Under the pieces are notes generated by a model, which saw only the letters and a list, made by a program, of their open reading frames with translations, did no database searches and had not been told where the DNA came from. A DNA stretch of 39,711 nucleotides. Origin: Candidatus Woesearchaeota archaeon. Its GTDB lineage: Archaea > Nanobdellota > Nanobdellia > Pacearchaeales > GW2011-AR1. Position 1 is the first letter of the stretch; every line of letters begins with the position of its first letter. This document shows, in pieces, positions 15,390-24,829 of the stretch. Both the position numbers and the translations under genes were made by a program. Location: assembly GCA_964354995.1 (NCBI GenBank), contig CAYHBQ010000002.1, positions 1 through 39,711 on the forward strand. Reading direction: 5' to 3'.

Positions 15390-17686
15390 CTCCTGACATA
15401 AAAAACCCAAGTGAAATAAAATTGCGCGTATTAGAAGCGCTGCAAGACGACGCGTACAAAGGAGTAGCCCGTATCGATACCGAAGTCATGAAAACCCTCG
15501 GTCTACGTAGGGGAGATATAATCACAATTAAAGGTGAACGAGAAACCGTAGCCATTGTCGATCGCTCTTACCCTGCAGACGTCGGGGAAGGCATCATCCG
15601 AATCGATGGCCTTATCAGAAAAAACGCTAAAACGGGTATCGGAGAAATGGTTATAATTAAAAGGGTAGCCATAAAACCCGCAAAAAAGATAGCCATCGCC
15701 CCCGCACAACCAGGAATTAGCGTGCAAGGCGACCCTGAACTATTCAAAAACGGACTCCTCGGACGAGCAATGGCAAAAGGAGATATTATTTCATTAGGAG
15801 GAACTCAGCGACGTCGAGACCTTATGGGTGGAGGAGATATGTCTGAAATATTCGGAGATCTCAATGAACTCTTTGGAGGTAATTTTGGATTTGCCGGATT
15901 TCAACGCATCAAATTCATCGTTGTTTCAACAACTCCTAATCAGCCCGTAATAGTAACCGAAGAAACTGAAATCGTACTCAATGCGAAAGCAGTCGACATG
16001 ACTGAAGAAAACGTGCCCGATGTTACGTATGAAGACATTGGGGGCCTTACGGACGAAATAAAAAAGATTAGAGAAATGGTCGAGTTACCACTCAAACACC
16101 CCGAAGTATTTGACCGCCTTGGTATTGAACCTCCTAAAGGGGTATTGTTATATGGTCCTCCGGGAACAGGTAAAACGTTACTCGCGAAGGCAGTTGCCAA
16201 CGAATCAGAAGCGAATTTCGTTCTTCTCAACGGACCTGAAATCATGTCAAAGTTTTACGGAGAATCAGAAAAGAAAATACGAGACTTGTTTGAAGATGCC
16301 GAAAAAAACGCGCCCACTATCATATTTATCGATGAAATAGATGCAATAGCTCCAAAAAGAGAAGAAGTGCAAGGCGAAGTTGAGCGACGTGTCGTCTCCC
16401 AACTTTTAACGGCGCTTGATGGTCTTAAAGCACGAGGAAAAGTCGTTGTTATCGGCGCAACGAACCGACCAAACTCACTTGACCCTGCCCTGCGAAGACC
16501 CGGACGTTTTGATAGAGAAATAGAAATCTCCGTACCCGATAAAAAAGCGCGCCTTAACATCCTCAAAATTCACACGAGAAATATGCCGCTACGAAAAGAT
16601 GTTAAACTAGAAGCGATCGCTGCAAAAACACATGGATTTGTAGGTGCAGATATATCGTCGCTTGCAAAAGAGTCGGCAATGGTTGTGCTTCGAAAGAAGC
16701 TGCCGCAAATGGAACTTGAAAAGGACCAAGAGATACCAAAAGAAATACTTGATTCAATGGTAGTCACCAATGAAGATTTCGATGAAGCTCTCAAAGTCGT
16801 AAGGCCGAGCGCCATGCGTGAAGTGCTTGTTGAAACGCCCAATGTCGGCTGGGAAGATATAGGCGGACTCTTAGGTACAAAGCAATCGCTCAAAGAGGCA
16901 GTTGAATGGCCCATCAAATATAGAGAAAACTTCGAACGACTCGGTATTAGACCGCCACGAGGAATTTTGCTGTACGGTCCTCCGGGAACAGGTAAAACGT
17001 TACTCGCGAAGGCCGTCGCTAAAGAGTCAGAAGCAAACTTCATCAGCGTTAAAGGACCTAGTTTATTAAGCATGTGGGTCGGCAAATCAGAAGAAGGTGT
17101 CAGAAAAATATTCGAACGCGCGCGCCAAGTCGCTCCCTGCATCGTGTTCTTCGATGAAATCGATGCGCTTGCAGGAAAGCGAGGCATGGATATGGGGAAC
17201 AAAGTAACCGAACGTGTGCTCAACCAACTGCTCGCAGAAATAGATGGCCTTGAGGGGCTCAAAGATGTAACCATTATCGGCGCAACGAACCGACCTGATA
17301 TGTTAGACCCTGCCATTTTACGACCGGGGAGATTTGATCGAGTCTTGCTCGTTGACGTTCCCGATAAAGAGAGCAGAAGAAAAATACTTGATATCCATTT
17401 GAAAAATACCCCTCTCGATAAATCGGTAAACGTAGAAGCACTCGTAACCAAAACCGAAGGATTTGTTGGAGCAGATATCGAAAGCATCGTACGAGAAGCA
17501 GCACTCGCAGCACTCCGCCGAGACATGAAGGCGGCCGCAGTGACGATGGTTGACTTTGATGAAGCCATGGCGCGCGTGAAACCATCCGTTTCAGAAGACA
17601 CCGCACGCAGATACAAGAAAATAGAAGAACACTACCTCAAGATGGCAAAGGCAGGAGGAATCGACAGCCCCGTCTACGCAGGATAA
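15386..17686 (+). CDS. cdc48: AAA+ ATPase Cdc48/VAT/p97 (N domain plus D1 plus D2)
   Basis: N domain (LRVLEA...[10 protein letters not shown]...), two AAA modules each with [15 protein letters not shown] (Walker A), IIFIDEIDA / IVFFDEIDA (Walker B) and second-region-of-homology Arg residues. 766 aa. Confidence 0.95.
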   Translation: MTPDIKNPSEIKLRVLEALQDDAYKGVARIDTEVMKTLGLRRGDIITIKGERETVAIVDRSYPADVGEGIIRIDGLIRKNAKTGIGEMVIIKRVAIKPAKKIAIAPAQPGISVQGDPELFKNGLLGRAMAKGDIISLGGTQRRRDLMGGGDMSEIFGDLNELFGGNFGFAGFQRIKFIVVSTTPNQPVIVTEETEIVLNAKAVDMTEENVPDVTYEDIGGLTDEIKKIREMVELPLKHPEVFDRLGIEPPKGVLLYGPPGTGKTLLAKAVANESEANFVLLNGPEIMSKFYGESEKKIRDLFEDAEKNAPTIIFIDEIDAIAPKREEVQGEVERRVVSQLLTALDGLKARGKVVVIGATNRPNSLDPALRRPGRFDREIEISVPDKKARLNILKIHTRNMPLRKDVKLEAIAAKTHGFVGADISSLAKESAMVVLRKKLPQMELEKDQEIPKEILDSMVVTNEDFDEALKVVRPSAMREVLVETPNVGWEDIGGLLGTKQSLKEAVEWPIKYRENFERLGIRPPRGILLYGPPGTGKTLLAKAVAKESEANFISVKGPSLLSMWVGKSEEGVRKIFERARQVAPCIVFFDEIDALAGKRGMDMGNKVTERVLNQLLAEIDGLEGLKDVTIIGATNRPDMLDPAILRPGRFDRVLLVDVPDKESRRKILDIHLKNTPLDKSVNVEALVTKTEGFVGADIESIVREAALAALRRDMKAAAVTMVDFDEAMARVKPSVSEDTARRYKKIEEHYLKMAKAGGIDSPVYAG
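16154..16191. repeat. 38-nt exact intragenic repeat, copy 1 (D1 Walker A region of cdc48)
   Basis: ggtcctccgggaacaggtaaaacgttactcgcgaaggc is identical at 16154-16191 and 16976-17013, including all third-codon positions. Confidence 0.9.
16976..17013. repeat. 38-nt exact intragenic repeat, copy 2 (D2 Walker A region of cdc48)
   Basis: Same 38-mer as 16154-16191. Confidence 0.9.
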
Positions 17687-18063
17687 TGGAACAAAAAATT
17701 CACCATAATATGGATCAGAGTGCGCTCCTCAGTGAAACGTATATGATTCAACATAAAGCTGACCGATTTGTGCTCGACTTCAAAGGCATGAACATTCAAC
17801 ACCTTGACCCCGCAGACCAGATTGCCGTAGTCATCAATCACAAAACGGTAATGCTCGACCCCTGGAAAATGAAGGAATTCGTTGAAAGCGCTCAAGACAA
17901 TCTCAAAAAATACGAAGAAAAGTTCGGAAAGATAAAAGTGCCCGAGCCCATAGAAAAAGAACGGAAAGAGACCAAAAAGAAAAAGAAAGAAAGCGGAAAA
18001 TCAAAAGATAAAACCGCCCCCGCCGTAGACACGATACACCACAAACAGTCCTATTTCGGATAA
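17686..18063 (+). CDS. DUF3467-like small protein with Lys-rich tail
   Basis: ETYMIQHKADRFVLDF...VVINHKTVMLDPWKMKEFVESAQDNLKKYEEKFGKI resembles the DUF3467 pattern (Y.N......eFvLDF ... P..ak.l...L..n...YE..FG.I). C-terminal KERKETKKKKKESGKSKDK. Its ATG overlaps the cdc48 stop (TAATG). Confidence 0.6.
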   Translation: MEQKIHHNMDQSALLSETYMIQHKADRFVLDFKGMNIQHLDPADQIAVVINHKTVMLDPWKMKEFVESAQDNLKKYEEKFGKIKVPEPIEKERKETKKKKKESGKSKDKTAPAVDTIHHKQSYFG

Positions 18064-18064
18064 A

Positions 18065-18940
18065 CTATGTTATCTGCTTCGTTTCTTCCTGAGTAACTAA
18101 AAACGTGTTTTCCGCCTGTGCAACAATACCCTTGCCTGCTTCAATCAACTGATTGTAATGATGCAATAGCCCTGCCTGTTCAATAAATCGTAATGCAATC
18201 AAACCACGCGTCCCAAACTTTGCATGAATCCACCGCGAGCAAAACGGCAAGGTACGATATTCCTCAGCAATAAATTCCAATACAATACGAGCAAAACTAT
18301 CGCGTACATTGCCTTCCTTCATGAGTTGATAAATGCCCGAGGGCTTACCATCAATAACCTTTCCCGCCCCATTAGTCGCAAACGGTTCAATGGCATAGAT
18401 TCCCTCATCAAGGAGCGTCATATCCCCATTATCATAATTAGGGATCGTAACACCCGCGTGTACATCGTACTCTTCAATCGCATGCCCCGATAAATTAACC
18501 ACGGTCGTCATTCCGCGCGAACGAATAGTGGCATCAACGGCCTTTCCCAACGCAGCAAGCGAGACCCCTTTTGTAATAAGCGGCGTTGCGGCATGCAAAC
18601 CTGCTTCGGCAGCCGCAATAAGATTCGTATTAAGTTCAGAGTTTTCCAAATCAATCGAAAACGCCGTGTCAGCAATCGCCCCCGCAACATGCACACCAAT
18701 ATCAACTTTTAACAGTCCATACGCACGCTCGTCAGAGGTATACGCTGGAGTCGCGTGCGCCGCAATTTCATTAATAGATAAATTAACCGGAAACGCGGGC
18801 TTGCCTCCTAATTCGTAGATTTTCCCCTCAATTTTTGTAGCCAACTCAAGCAACAGCATGTCTTTCTTCGAAATCGTGCGCGCATACGCCACCACTTCTT
18901 TTGCAATAGTTCCTGCGCGCTCTAAATCATCAGCAACCAT
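18065..18940 (-). CDS. map: Methionine aminopeptidase, type 2 (archaeal)
   Basis: Pita-bread metal ligands in order: DIGVHVAGAIADTAFS, SGHAIEEY, YAIEPFAT, AQAENTFLVT. Start taken at ATG 18940 (MVADDLERAG), about 28 nt downstream of the A/T box. Confidence 0.9.
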   Translation of the reverse strand: MVADDLERAGTIAKEVVAYARTISKKDMLLLELATKIEGKIYELGGKPAFPVNLSINEIAAHATPAYTSDERAYGLLKVDIGVHVAGAIADTAFSIDLENSELNTNLIAAAEAGLHAATPLITKGVSLAALGKAVDATIRSRGMTTVVNLSGHAIEEYDVHAGVTIPNYDNGDMTLLDEGIYAIEPFATNGAGKVIDGKPSGIYQLMKEGNVRDSFARIVLEFIAEEYRTLPFCSRWIHAKFGTRGLIALRFIEQAGLLHHYNQLIEAGKGIVAQAENTFLVTQEETKQIT

Positions 18941-19236
18941 AGAAATCTTAAAATAGGCGGCTATATAAATAGTAAGGTGATACGAGTAACGCACATAAAT
19001 GAAGTACGAGTAATACGTGAGCCTCTTTCCTTATTCAGTATCTGTTACAATCCCAAAGAAAGAGACCCTGGACAAGAAAAAAGTTATGAATACTGTAGAA
19101 ACCAAATAGATGATGCAAGAAATAAAGAATACATTGATGAAAAACAGCACGATTGGTTTGTGTACAAACTTACCAAGATTCGAGAAGAATATATTTTCTT
19201 TAAAAGATTACTCGAACGCCTCGAACCCGAACTTCC

Positions 19237-19689
19237 CTAACGTTTTTTCAAATGGCGTTCTTTAGGAACATAATTGTACAATTTTCCGTGGCTCGCATAT
19301 CCACTTCCCAAAAAATCTTCTCCATAACGAACCACATACACGCCGGCTTCAAGCTCGCGTACCAACGTCTCACCACGCATCCATAACTCAAACTCTTCGG
19401 AACTAAGTTCAATAACACCTTTAGTAAACCGAGACGAGAGTACATGCGTCATATCAAACGCCAAACGTAGTCCAAACGATTCCTGTCGCGCAAGATATGC
19501 TCCTGCAAATTCAACCCGAGCAAATTCACTCAAAGAAAGGAGTTCTTCGCGACTCAACGTACCTGAGAATGCTCGCACACGTTCTTTCCCGGCCTGTAAG
19601 AAGAGATAATCTCGAAGCTCTATACCAAACCGCGCCTCAATCTCGGCAAGCAACTTCTTTTTATCACTTGAAGAAAGAAACGCAATCAT
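19237..19689 (-). CDS. Possible pre-PUA/PUA-like (Nip7/UPF0113-like) RNA-binding protein
   Basis: MIAFLSSSDKKKLLAEIEARFGI... N-terminus and ...YGEDFLGSGYASHGKLYNYVPKERHLKK C-terminus resemble small archaeal PUA-type proteins. Start taken at ATG 19689, overlapping the Nudix stop (ATGA). The call is tentative. Confidence 0.4.
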   Translation of the reverse strand: MIAFLSSSDKKKLLAEIEARFGIELRDYLFLQAGKERVRAFSGTLSREELLSLSEFARVEFAGAYLARQESFGLRLAFDMTHVLSSRFTKGVIELSSEEFELWMRGETLVRELEAGVYVVRYGEDFLGSGYASHGKLYNYVPKERHLKKR

Positions 19690-20120
19690 CGTTTTCTCCG
19701 CATGACCTTTTTGATAATCTCTTTGTGGGTAAATGCAATATCCGTAGCAAGCGCTTCCTGGAACGAGAACCACTTCCATTCACTTACTTCCCAGTTGGGT
19801 TTAACATTTCCAGAAAAAGAAACATCAAAGACCAATATAAGATTATGTAAATGCAAACGAGGCACAAACTCATCATGGTAAAACAAAAAGCGTGCACGCT
19901 TTCCTACAATCCCAATTTCCTCGCGTACCTCTCGCAACACGCCTGCTTCGGCAGTTTCTCCCTTATCTAAATGTCCTCCTGGCAAACACCATTTACCCCC
20001 TTCAATAAGCGAAGGAGAACGTCGGGTCAAAAGAATCGTATCTCCCTTCAGAATAATGGCGGCCAGACACGGCTGAGGTGAAACTAAATTCAAAAACGAA
20101 CGTATAAACCAATTAGTCAC
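19686..20120 (-). CDS. Nudix hydrolase
   Basis: Nudix box GGHLDKGETAEAGVLREVREEIGI (G.5E.7REUxEExGU). GTG start overlapping the stop of the upstream methyltransferase (GTGA). Confidence 0.85.
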   Translation of the reverse strand: MTNWFIRSFLNLVSPQPCLAAIILKGDTILLTRRSPSLIEGGKWCLPGGHLDKGETAEAGVLREVREEIGIVGKRARFLFYHDEFVPRLHLHNLILVFDVSFSGNVKPNWEVSEWKWFSFQEALATDIAFTHKEIIKKVMRRKR

Positions 20121-21076
20121 GACATCTCCTCCATTAACGTCATTTTCGCCACAAAAAAACCTTCGCTATCATTGTCCTGTGGATAAATACGGCAGGCTTT
20201 GCAAACTTCAGAAGAAAAAGTTTCTTGCTTCCATGACATAACTCCGGGTCGCGTACGAAGTGGTAACCGAATAGTTTCAATCCTAACCGGAAAATTCTGC
20301 ACCGCAAAATCAACAACAGCTTCGTCTTCTTCCGGACCATGCGTACACGTCGAATAAACCAACGTTCCGCCTACTTTCAAACAACCAAGCGCACTTGCAA
20401 GCAACTTTTTCTGCATACGCCCCATATTATCCACAACTTTAGGATTCCACATTAAAAAAGTTTTGGAACTCGAACGCAACGTCCCCTCGCCCGAACACGG
20501 CGCATCAAGTAAAATTTTATCAAAGAGAAATCCGTTATTTTTTAAACGAGAACATAAACCGACCCCATCAAGCCGCGTGACAACACAGTTAGTCACCCCA
20601 CATCGTTCGAGATTAGCGGACAAAATAGCAATTCTGTCAATCTTAATGTCATTGGCAATGAGCGTACCTTTATTTTCCATGCGCGCCGCAATTTGTGTTG
20701 TCTTACTCCCTGGAGAGGCGCATACATCAAGTACGAAATCTCCTGGTCTCGCATCAAGCGCAAGCGCGCTCATCATACTCGAAACTTCCTGAATATAATA
20801 ATAACCCAAGAGGTGTTCGAGTGAATTCCCTAACGCACCTGGTTCAACATCTTGATCGATAAGCATAATCTCGGGCGTTTCTGCAAACGGTACGACAACC
20901 TTCCACCGTTTCCGCAATCGTTTCAAAAGCACATCGGAATCAATCTTTAACGTGTTGCACCGAATAAAATTTCGCGGTGGCGTATGGATGATTTCAGAAA
21001 ACGCTTCGAAGTCCCCCTCGTCAAGCAAAAGATTTCGCATGCGCTGCGCGAATAACGGTTTCATTTCAAGAGCCAT
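20117..21076 (-). CDS. NOL1/NOP2/Sun-family RNA (cytosine-C5) methyltransferase
   Basis: DVCASPGSKTTQIA (SAM motif I), DKILLDAPCSGEGTLR (motif IV, Pro-Cys) and LVYSTCT (motif VI, Thr-Cys). Confidence 0.88.
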   Translation of the reverse strand: MALEMKPLFAQRMRNLLLDEGDFEAFSEIIHTPPRNFIRCNTLKIDSDVLLKRLRKRWKVVVPFAETPEIMLIDQDVEPGALGNSLEHLLGYYYIQEVSSMMSALALDARPGDFVLDVCASPGSKTTQIAARMENKGTLIANDIKIDRIAILSANLERCGVTNCVVTRLDGVGLCSRLKNNGFLFDKILLDAPCSGEGTLRSSSKTFLMWNPKVVDNMGRMQKKLLASALGCLKVGGTLVYSTCTHGPEEDEAVVDFAVQNFPVRIETIRLPLRTRPGVMSWKQETFSSEVCKACRIYPQDNDSEGFFVAKMTLMEEMS

Positions 21077-21110
21077 AGGGAGTAAGAGAAAAAGAGGGTT
21101 TTAAGCCTTG

Positions 21111-21308
21111 TTAATGTGCGTGCGCCATGCGATAAATTCCAACCCCTGTCAAAACAAGCCCCACAAAAAGAGAAAGAAAGAGGAACGGTTCATCATCCAT
21201 GAATGGGACTTTATCCATTAAATGCCATAACCCTCTAAATACCAGCACAGAACCAAGAATAAGCAACGTCTCCCAAAAAACATGCTTTCTCTTCATCATA
21301 CCTCGCAT
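21111..21308 (-). CDS. Possible small 2-TM membrane protein (65 aa)
   Basis: Two hydrophobic segments (WETLLILGSVLVFRGLW, FLFLSLFVGLVLTGVGIY). ATG start. Confidence 0.4.
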   Translation of the reverse strand: MRGMMKRKHVFWETLLILGSVLVFRGLWHLMDKVPFMDDEPFLFLSLFVGLVLTGVGIYRMAHAH

Positions 21309-21381
21309 AAATCAAGACATTATTTAAGACTGTCGTTCGGAATAACTATATACTTTTAAAGCCCCTCTAAATAAGAGAAAA

Positions 21382-23649
21382 ATGGCCGCCGTAGAATCAT
21401 TTTTACCTGCAACAAGCGAACCAAAATTGACTATTGAAAAACAGGTCAAAGAAAAGCCAACCGTAGCCGAGCTGACGACCATCGAGTCGCCTGGCAGACC
21501 GATACCCGCAAACGAACTTGACCAAGACAAAACAAAAAAAAGCAGGAAAAAAACCATACGCCCAAAAAAAGAACCGACGCGCATAAAAGAAAAAAAGGAA
21601 ACCCTTATCAAATTAAACGGAGATGCGATACTCATACTAACCGAAAAACCGCAAGCAGCACTTAAGATTGCATCCGCGCTTGGCAACGCACACAAATACA
21701 GCGAGAACACCGTACCTTTTTATGAACTACAAAGAAACAACAAAACGATTATTGTGGCATCCGCCGTAGGGCATCTATTCAACCTCGCACAGAGCAAAGG
21801 ACAAACAGGGTGGCCTATTTTTGCAATGGAGTGGGTGCCTGCATTTCAAAAAACTGCGTTTACAAAAAGATACTATGACGTTATCAAAAAACTTGCACAC
21901 CGCGCAGAAAGTGTGATCGTTGCAACAGACTATGATATAGAAGGAGAAGTCATCGGATGGAACATTGTTCGTTTTCTGCTCCATCAAAAAGACGCAAAAC
22001 GCATGAAATTCTCAACACTCACCAAACCAGAGCTAGAAAAGGCATACGAACACCCGCTCCCTACGATTGATTGGGGACAAGCCTACGCTGGAGAAACACG
22101 ACATCAAATTGATTGGCTCTATGGAATAAACCTTTCGAGAGCACTCATGGCAGCCATAAAGCGAACAGGAGCGTTTAAGATATTATCAATTGGACGCATC
22201 CAAGGGCCTGCCCTTAAAATCATCGTAGACAGAGAAAAGGAGATTGCAGCATTCACATCGGTACCGTATTGGAACGTGTTCGCCCACATCGGCGAACAAG
22301 CGTTCAAACACCCCAAGGACATTTTTAACAAAGAAGAGTTGAAAGCATTTGAAGATATTCGAGAAGCTGTTGCAGAAACCACAAAAAGGGAGGAGAACGT
22401 CGAACCACCCCACCCGTTTGACCTCACAACGTTACAACGAGAAGCATATGCGTGGCATAAGATAGCTCCCGCGCGAACCTTGCAAATTGCACAAGCACTC
22501 TATCTTGACAGCCTCATATCTTACCCTCGCACGAGCTCTCAAAAAATACCGCAAGAAATCGGACCAAAGGAGATTCTCAAAAAGTTAGAAAAAACATTCC
22601 CTGAAGCAAAAAAAGCATCGCGCCCGCAACCTGTCGAAGGCCCCAAATCCGACCCCGCACACCCTTCTATATACCCCACAGGAGAAATTGCATCGCTGGA
22701 GGGTGATGAAAAAAAGATTTACGAATTAATTGTTAAACGATTTATCAGTGCATTTTCTGACAACGCCTTACTTGCACGAAAAAACGTCACGCTCTCCGCA
22801 GGAGACAAAACATTCACCGCAAATGGAACTAAAATAATGAAAAAGGGATGGATGCAGGTCTACCCTTCTCTAACCGCAGAATCAGAATTAGGAGATTATA
22901 CGGGAAAAGTGATTATCGACAAAATAACCTTTGAAGAAAAAGAAACGCAGCCACCCAAACGATACACGCCAGCTTCACTTATCACGCTCCTTGAAAAGAA
23001 AAATCTCGGCACTAAAACAACACGTTCTATGATTGTTGAAACACTCTTTGACCGAGGCTATCTCGAAGGTACCTCAATAAAGGCAACTCCACTTGGCATA
23101 AAACTCATCGAAGCACTTGAAAAACATTCCCCCATTATAATCGATGAACGGCTCACACAGGATTTAGAAAAAAAAATGGAAGACCTTCAAATCACAAAGG
23201 AAAATAGAGCAGAAAAAGAAAAAGAAATAATTGCCCATGTTGAAAAAATAATTACGGACATCGCACACGGATTCAAAGCCCATGAGCTAGAGATAGGAAA
23301 GGCGCTGCAAGAAGGCAACATTGAACTGCGAGAAATACAAAAAGAACAAGGAAAAATAATGCCCTGCCCCGTTTGTAAAAAGGGCACGCTAAGCATACGA
23401 TACTCAAAAAAAGTCGGACGCTACTTCGTCGCGTGTGATCAATATCCTGCATGCAAAACAACCTTTTCGCTCCCACCCAACGCCCTGATTAAAAAAACAG
23501 AAAAAGTCTCGGAAAACGGCCTCCCACTTCTCATGGCGCTGCGCAAAGGAAAAAAACCTTGGATATTTGAGTTCAATCCCAATTACAAGAAAGATCAAGC
23601 AACAACATCAACTACAGAACCTAAAGAAGATTCTAACGTTCTTCCGTGA
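21382..23649 (+). CDS. topA: Type IA DNA topoisomerase (TopA / Topo III-like) with Lys-rich N-terminal extension and one C-terminal Zn ribbon
   Basis: Toprim LILTEKP...VATDYDIEGE, active-site SYPRTSSQ, C-terminal CPVCKKG...CDQYPACK. The first about 75 aa are K/P/E-rich with no in-frame Met before the Toprim domain. A/T box lies about 25 nt upstream of ATG 21382. Confidence 0.92.
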   Translation: MAAVESFLPATSEPKLTIEKQVKEKPTVAELTTIESPGRPIPANELDQDKTKKSRKKTIRPKKEPTRIKEKKETLIKLNGDAILILTEKPQAALKIASALGNAHKYSENTVPFYELQRNNKTIIVASAVGHLFNLAQSKGQTGWPIFAMEWVPAFQKTAFTKRYYDVIKKLAHRAESVIVATDYDIEGEVIGWNIVRFLLHQKDAKRMKFSTLTKPELEKAYEHPLPTIDWGQAYAGETRHQIDWLYGINLSRALMAAIKRTGAFKILSIGRIQGPALKIIVDREKEIAAFTSVPYWNVFAHIGEQAFKHPKDIFNKEELKAFEDIREAVAETTKREENVEPPHPFDLTTLQREAYAWHKIAPARTLQIAQALYLDSLISYPRTSSQKIPQEIGPKEILKKLEKTFPEAKKASRPQPVEGPKSDPAHPSIYPTGEIASLEGDEKKIYELIVKRFISAFSDNALLARKNVTLSAGDKTFTANGTKIMKKGWMQVYPSLTAESELGDYTGKVIIDKITFEEKETQPPKRYTPASLITLLEKKNLGTKTTRSMIVETLFDRGYLEGTSIKATPLGIKLIEALEKHSPIIIDERLTQDLEKKMEDLQITKENRAEKEKEIIAHVEKIITDIAHGFKAHELEIGKALQEGNIELREIQKEQGKIMPCPVCKKGTLSIRYSKKVGRYFVACDQYPACKTTFSLPPNALIKKTEKVSENGLPLLMALRKGKKPWIFEFNPNYKKDQATTSTTEPKEDSNVLP

Positions 23650-23776
23650 GGACCATAAAGTACCGTAAATCTTCCCGAATAAGAACCACAATCTCTTCTT
23701 CGACGTTCAGGCAACTGATCACCTGAGGCAGACGCACGAAGCACAGGACTCACACGAGAGCCATAAGAAACATCTT

Positions 23777-23809
23777 CAAAAGAATAACCGCGAGTCGCGC
23801 TAAACTCGC
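23777..23809 (-). terminator. Hairpin plus T-rich tract downstream of rpl15e
   Basis: On the minus strand: GCGAGT-ttagcgcg-ACTCGC (23790-23809), followed by ggttattcttttg. Confidence 0.35.
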
Positions 23810-23823
23810 CTACACAAATCATG

Positions 23824-24396
23824 TTACTTGCCTCGCTTATTCCATGCTCCGACACTCGGGCGAACCTTGTAATGGCCTTTACTTCTAAATCCTCGGGACT
23901 TGCGAGCCGCACTAGTAATTCCACGTTCTGCCCGACGACGGTTTTTGCGCGAACCTATCCAAGACATAACCGGATCACGAGCAATTTCAGGACGATGAGG
24001 ATCAACCATGATAACTTCAAAAAAGGCATGCTTGCCATCTTTACCAAGAGGATACGAATTAAGCACTTCAAGATTAGGATATTTGCGAGCAGCACGTATT
24101 TCCGCAACCCACTGATAGCTCATCTTGAGAATCTTACGATGATACTGCTTTCGTGACTTACGACCCTTTACTCCTTGGCGTTCACGCTTTCTGCCTCCTC
24201 GCAACACACGTATACGAACCACAACAAAACCTTTCTTAGCTTTATAGCCCAGCGCTCGTGCCCGATCAAGCCGCAAGGGTTTCTCAACAACGAGTGCAGC
24301 ATCACTACGACGCCACTCAATCATACGTTCCTTAAGTGTCACATTGTCAGGACGTTTCCATGCCTGTGCAATATAATGATACATTCCTTGAGCCAT
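23824..24396 (-). CDS. rpl15e: 50S ribosomal protein L15e
   Basis: MAQGMYHYIAQAWKRPD...RMIEWRR...RLDRARALGYKAKKGFVVVRIRVLRGGRKR... is the diagnostic L15e sequence. Confidence 0.93.
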   Translation of the reverse strand: MAQGMYHYIAQAWKRPDNVTLKERMIEWRRSDAALVVEKPLRLDRARALGYKAKKGFVVVRIRVLRGGRKRERQGVKGRKSRKQYHRKILKMSYQWVAEIRAARKYPNLEVLNSYPLGKDGKHAFFEVIMVDPHRPEIARDPVMSWIGSRKNRRRAERGITSAARKSRGFRSKGHYKVRPSVGAWNKRGK

Positions 24397-24437
24397 CTCG
24401 TTCTGTGCTAAAATGGATTTTTAAACGTTCCTATGGA

Positions 24438-24827
24438 TTAATCATTAACGTACACGAGACCATTAGAACGACGCAAAACGTTAGTCCCAGGGACAAACGT
24501 TCCCGTAACATTCTTAACAAGAACCGAAAGAGCCTGCGAACCATCGAGCGTATGAACGTAGAGCCGACCATCAACAACATCAAGTTCGTAGTCGAGATTA
24601 ACAATTTGCAGAGGTAGCTCAAATGTACGACTGTACCCATCAACAGTGGCATGGGCAAACGCCGTTTCTTCTTGTACCATGCGAGCAACCTGCTGAATAG
24701 TGAGCATCTGACGTTCATATAAACGATCTGAAGAAGAGAGCGCAATCGAAACCAAAAAGGCCACAAAAAAGAACAGAACAAACCCTGTAATAATCATAAA
24801 TTCAACAGAAGACTGTGCACGGTCCAT
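24438..24827 (-). CDS. Class III signal peptide (prepilin-like) protein, Gln(+1)/Glu(+5) type
   Basis: MDRA|QSSVEFMIITGFVLFFFVAFLVSIAL: short basic leader, A/G at -1, Q at +1, E at +5, then a hydrophobic helix of about 20 aa. Lies 2 nt downstream of the preceding prepilin gene. Confidence 0.7.
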   Translation of the reverse strand: MDRAQSSVEFMIITGFVLFFFVAFLVSIALSSSDRLYERQMLTIQQVARMVQEETAFAHATVDGYSRTFELPLQIVNLDYELDVVDGRLYVHTLDGSQALSVLVKNVTGTFVPGTNVLRRSNGLVYVND

Positions 24828-24829
24828 AG

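Noticed and set aside
16570-17616. 348-aa ORF antisense to cdc48, and the other antisense ORFs at 15940-16566 and 17274-17606
   Set aside because: They lie entirely inside the strongly supported cdc48 gene on the opposite strand. Their Ser/Ala/Thr-rich composition is typical of antisense frames of AAA genes.
17660-17686. Canonical HbYX proteasome-docking motif at the Cdc48 C-terminus
   Set aside because: The tail is ...SPVYAG, with Tyr at -3 rather than -2. It is therefore only HbYX-like and cannot be called from sequence alone.
18977-19240. 87-aa plus-strand ORF between map and the PUA-like gene
   Set aside because: It starts with a GTG only about 10 nt from the A/T box used by map, too close for a promoter in that direction. 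There is no in-frame ATG and no recognisable motif. It is left unannotated, although the Lys/Glu-rich C-terminal half looks protein-like.
21324-21710. 128-aa minus-strand ORF overlapping the topA start
   Set aside because: It overlaps the topA promoter and N-terminus, has a repetitive Phe/Ser composition, and has no promoter-like A/T box.
23595-23924. Minus-strand ORF spanning the topA/rpl15e convergent spacer, including an ATG at 23822 right after the rpl15e stop
   Set aside because: It overlaps both flanking genes and has atypical composition with no recognisable family. The spacer is better explained by the rpl15e terminator hairpin at 23790-23809. An ncRNA was considered, but no C/D-box or other signature was found.
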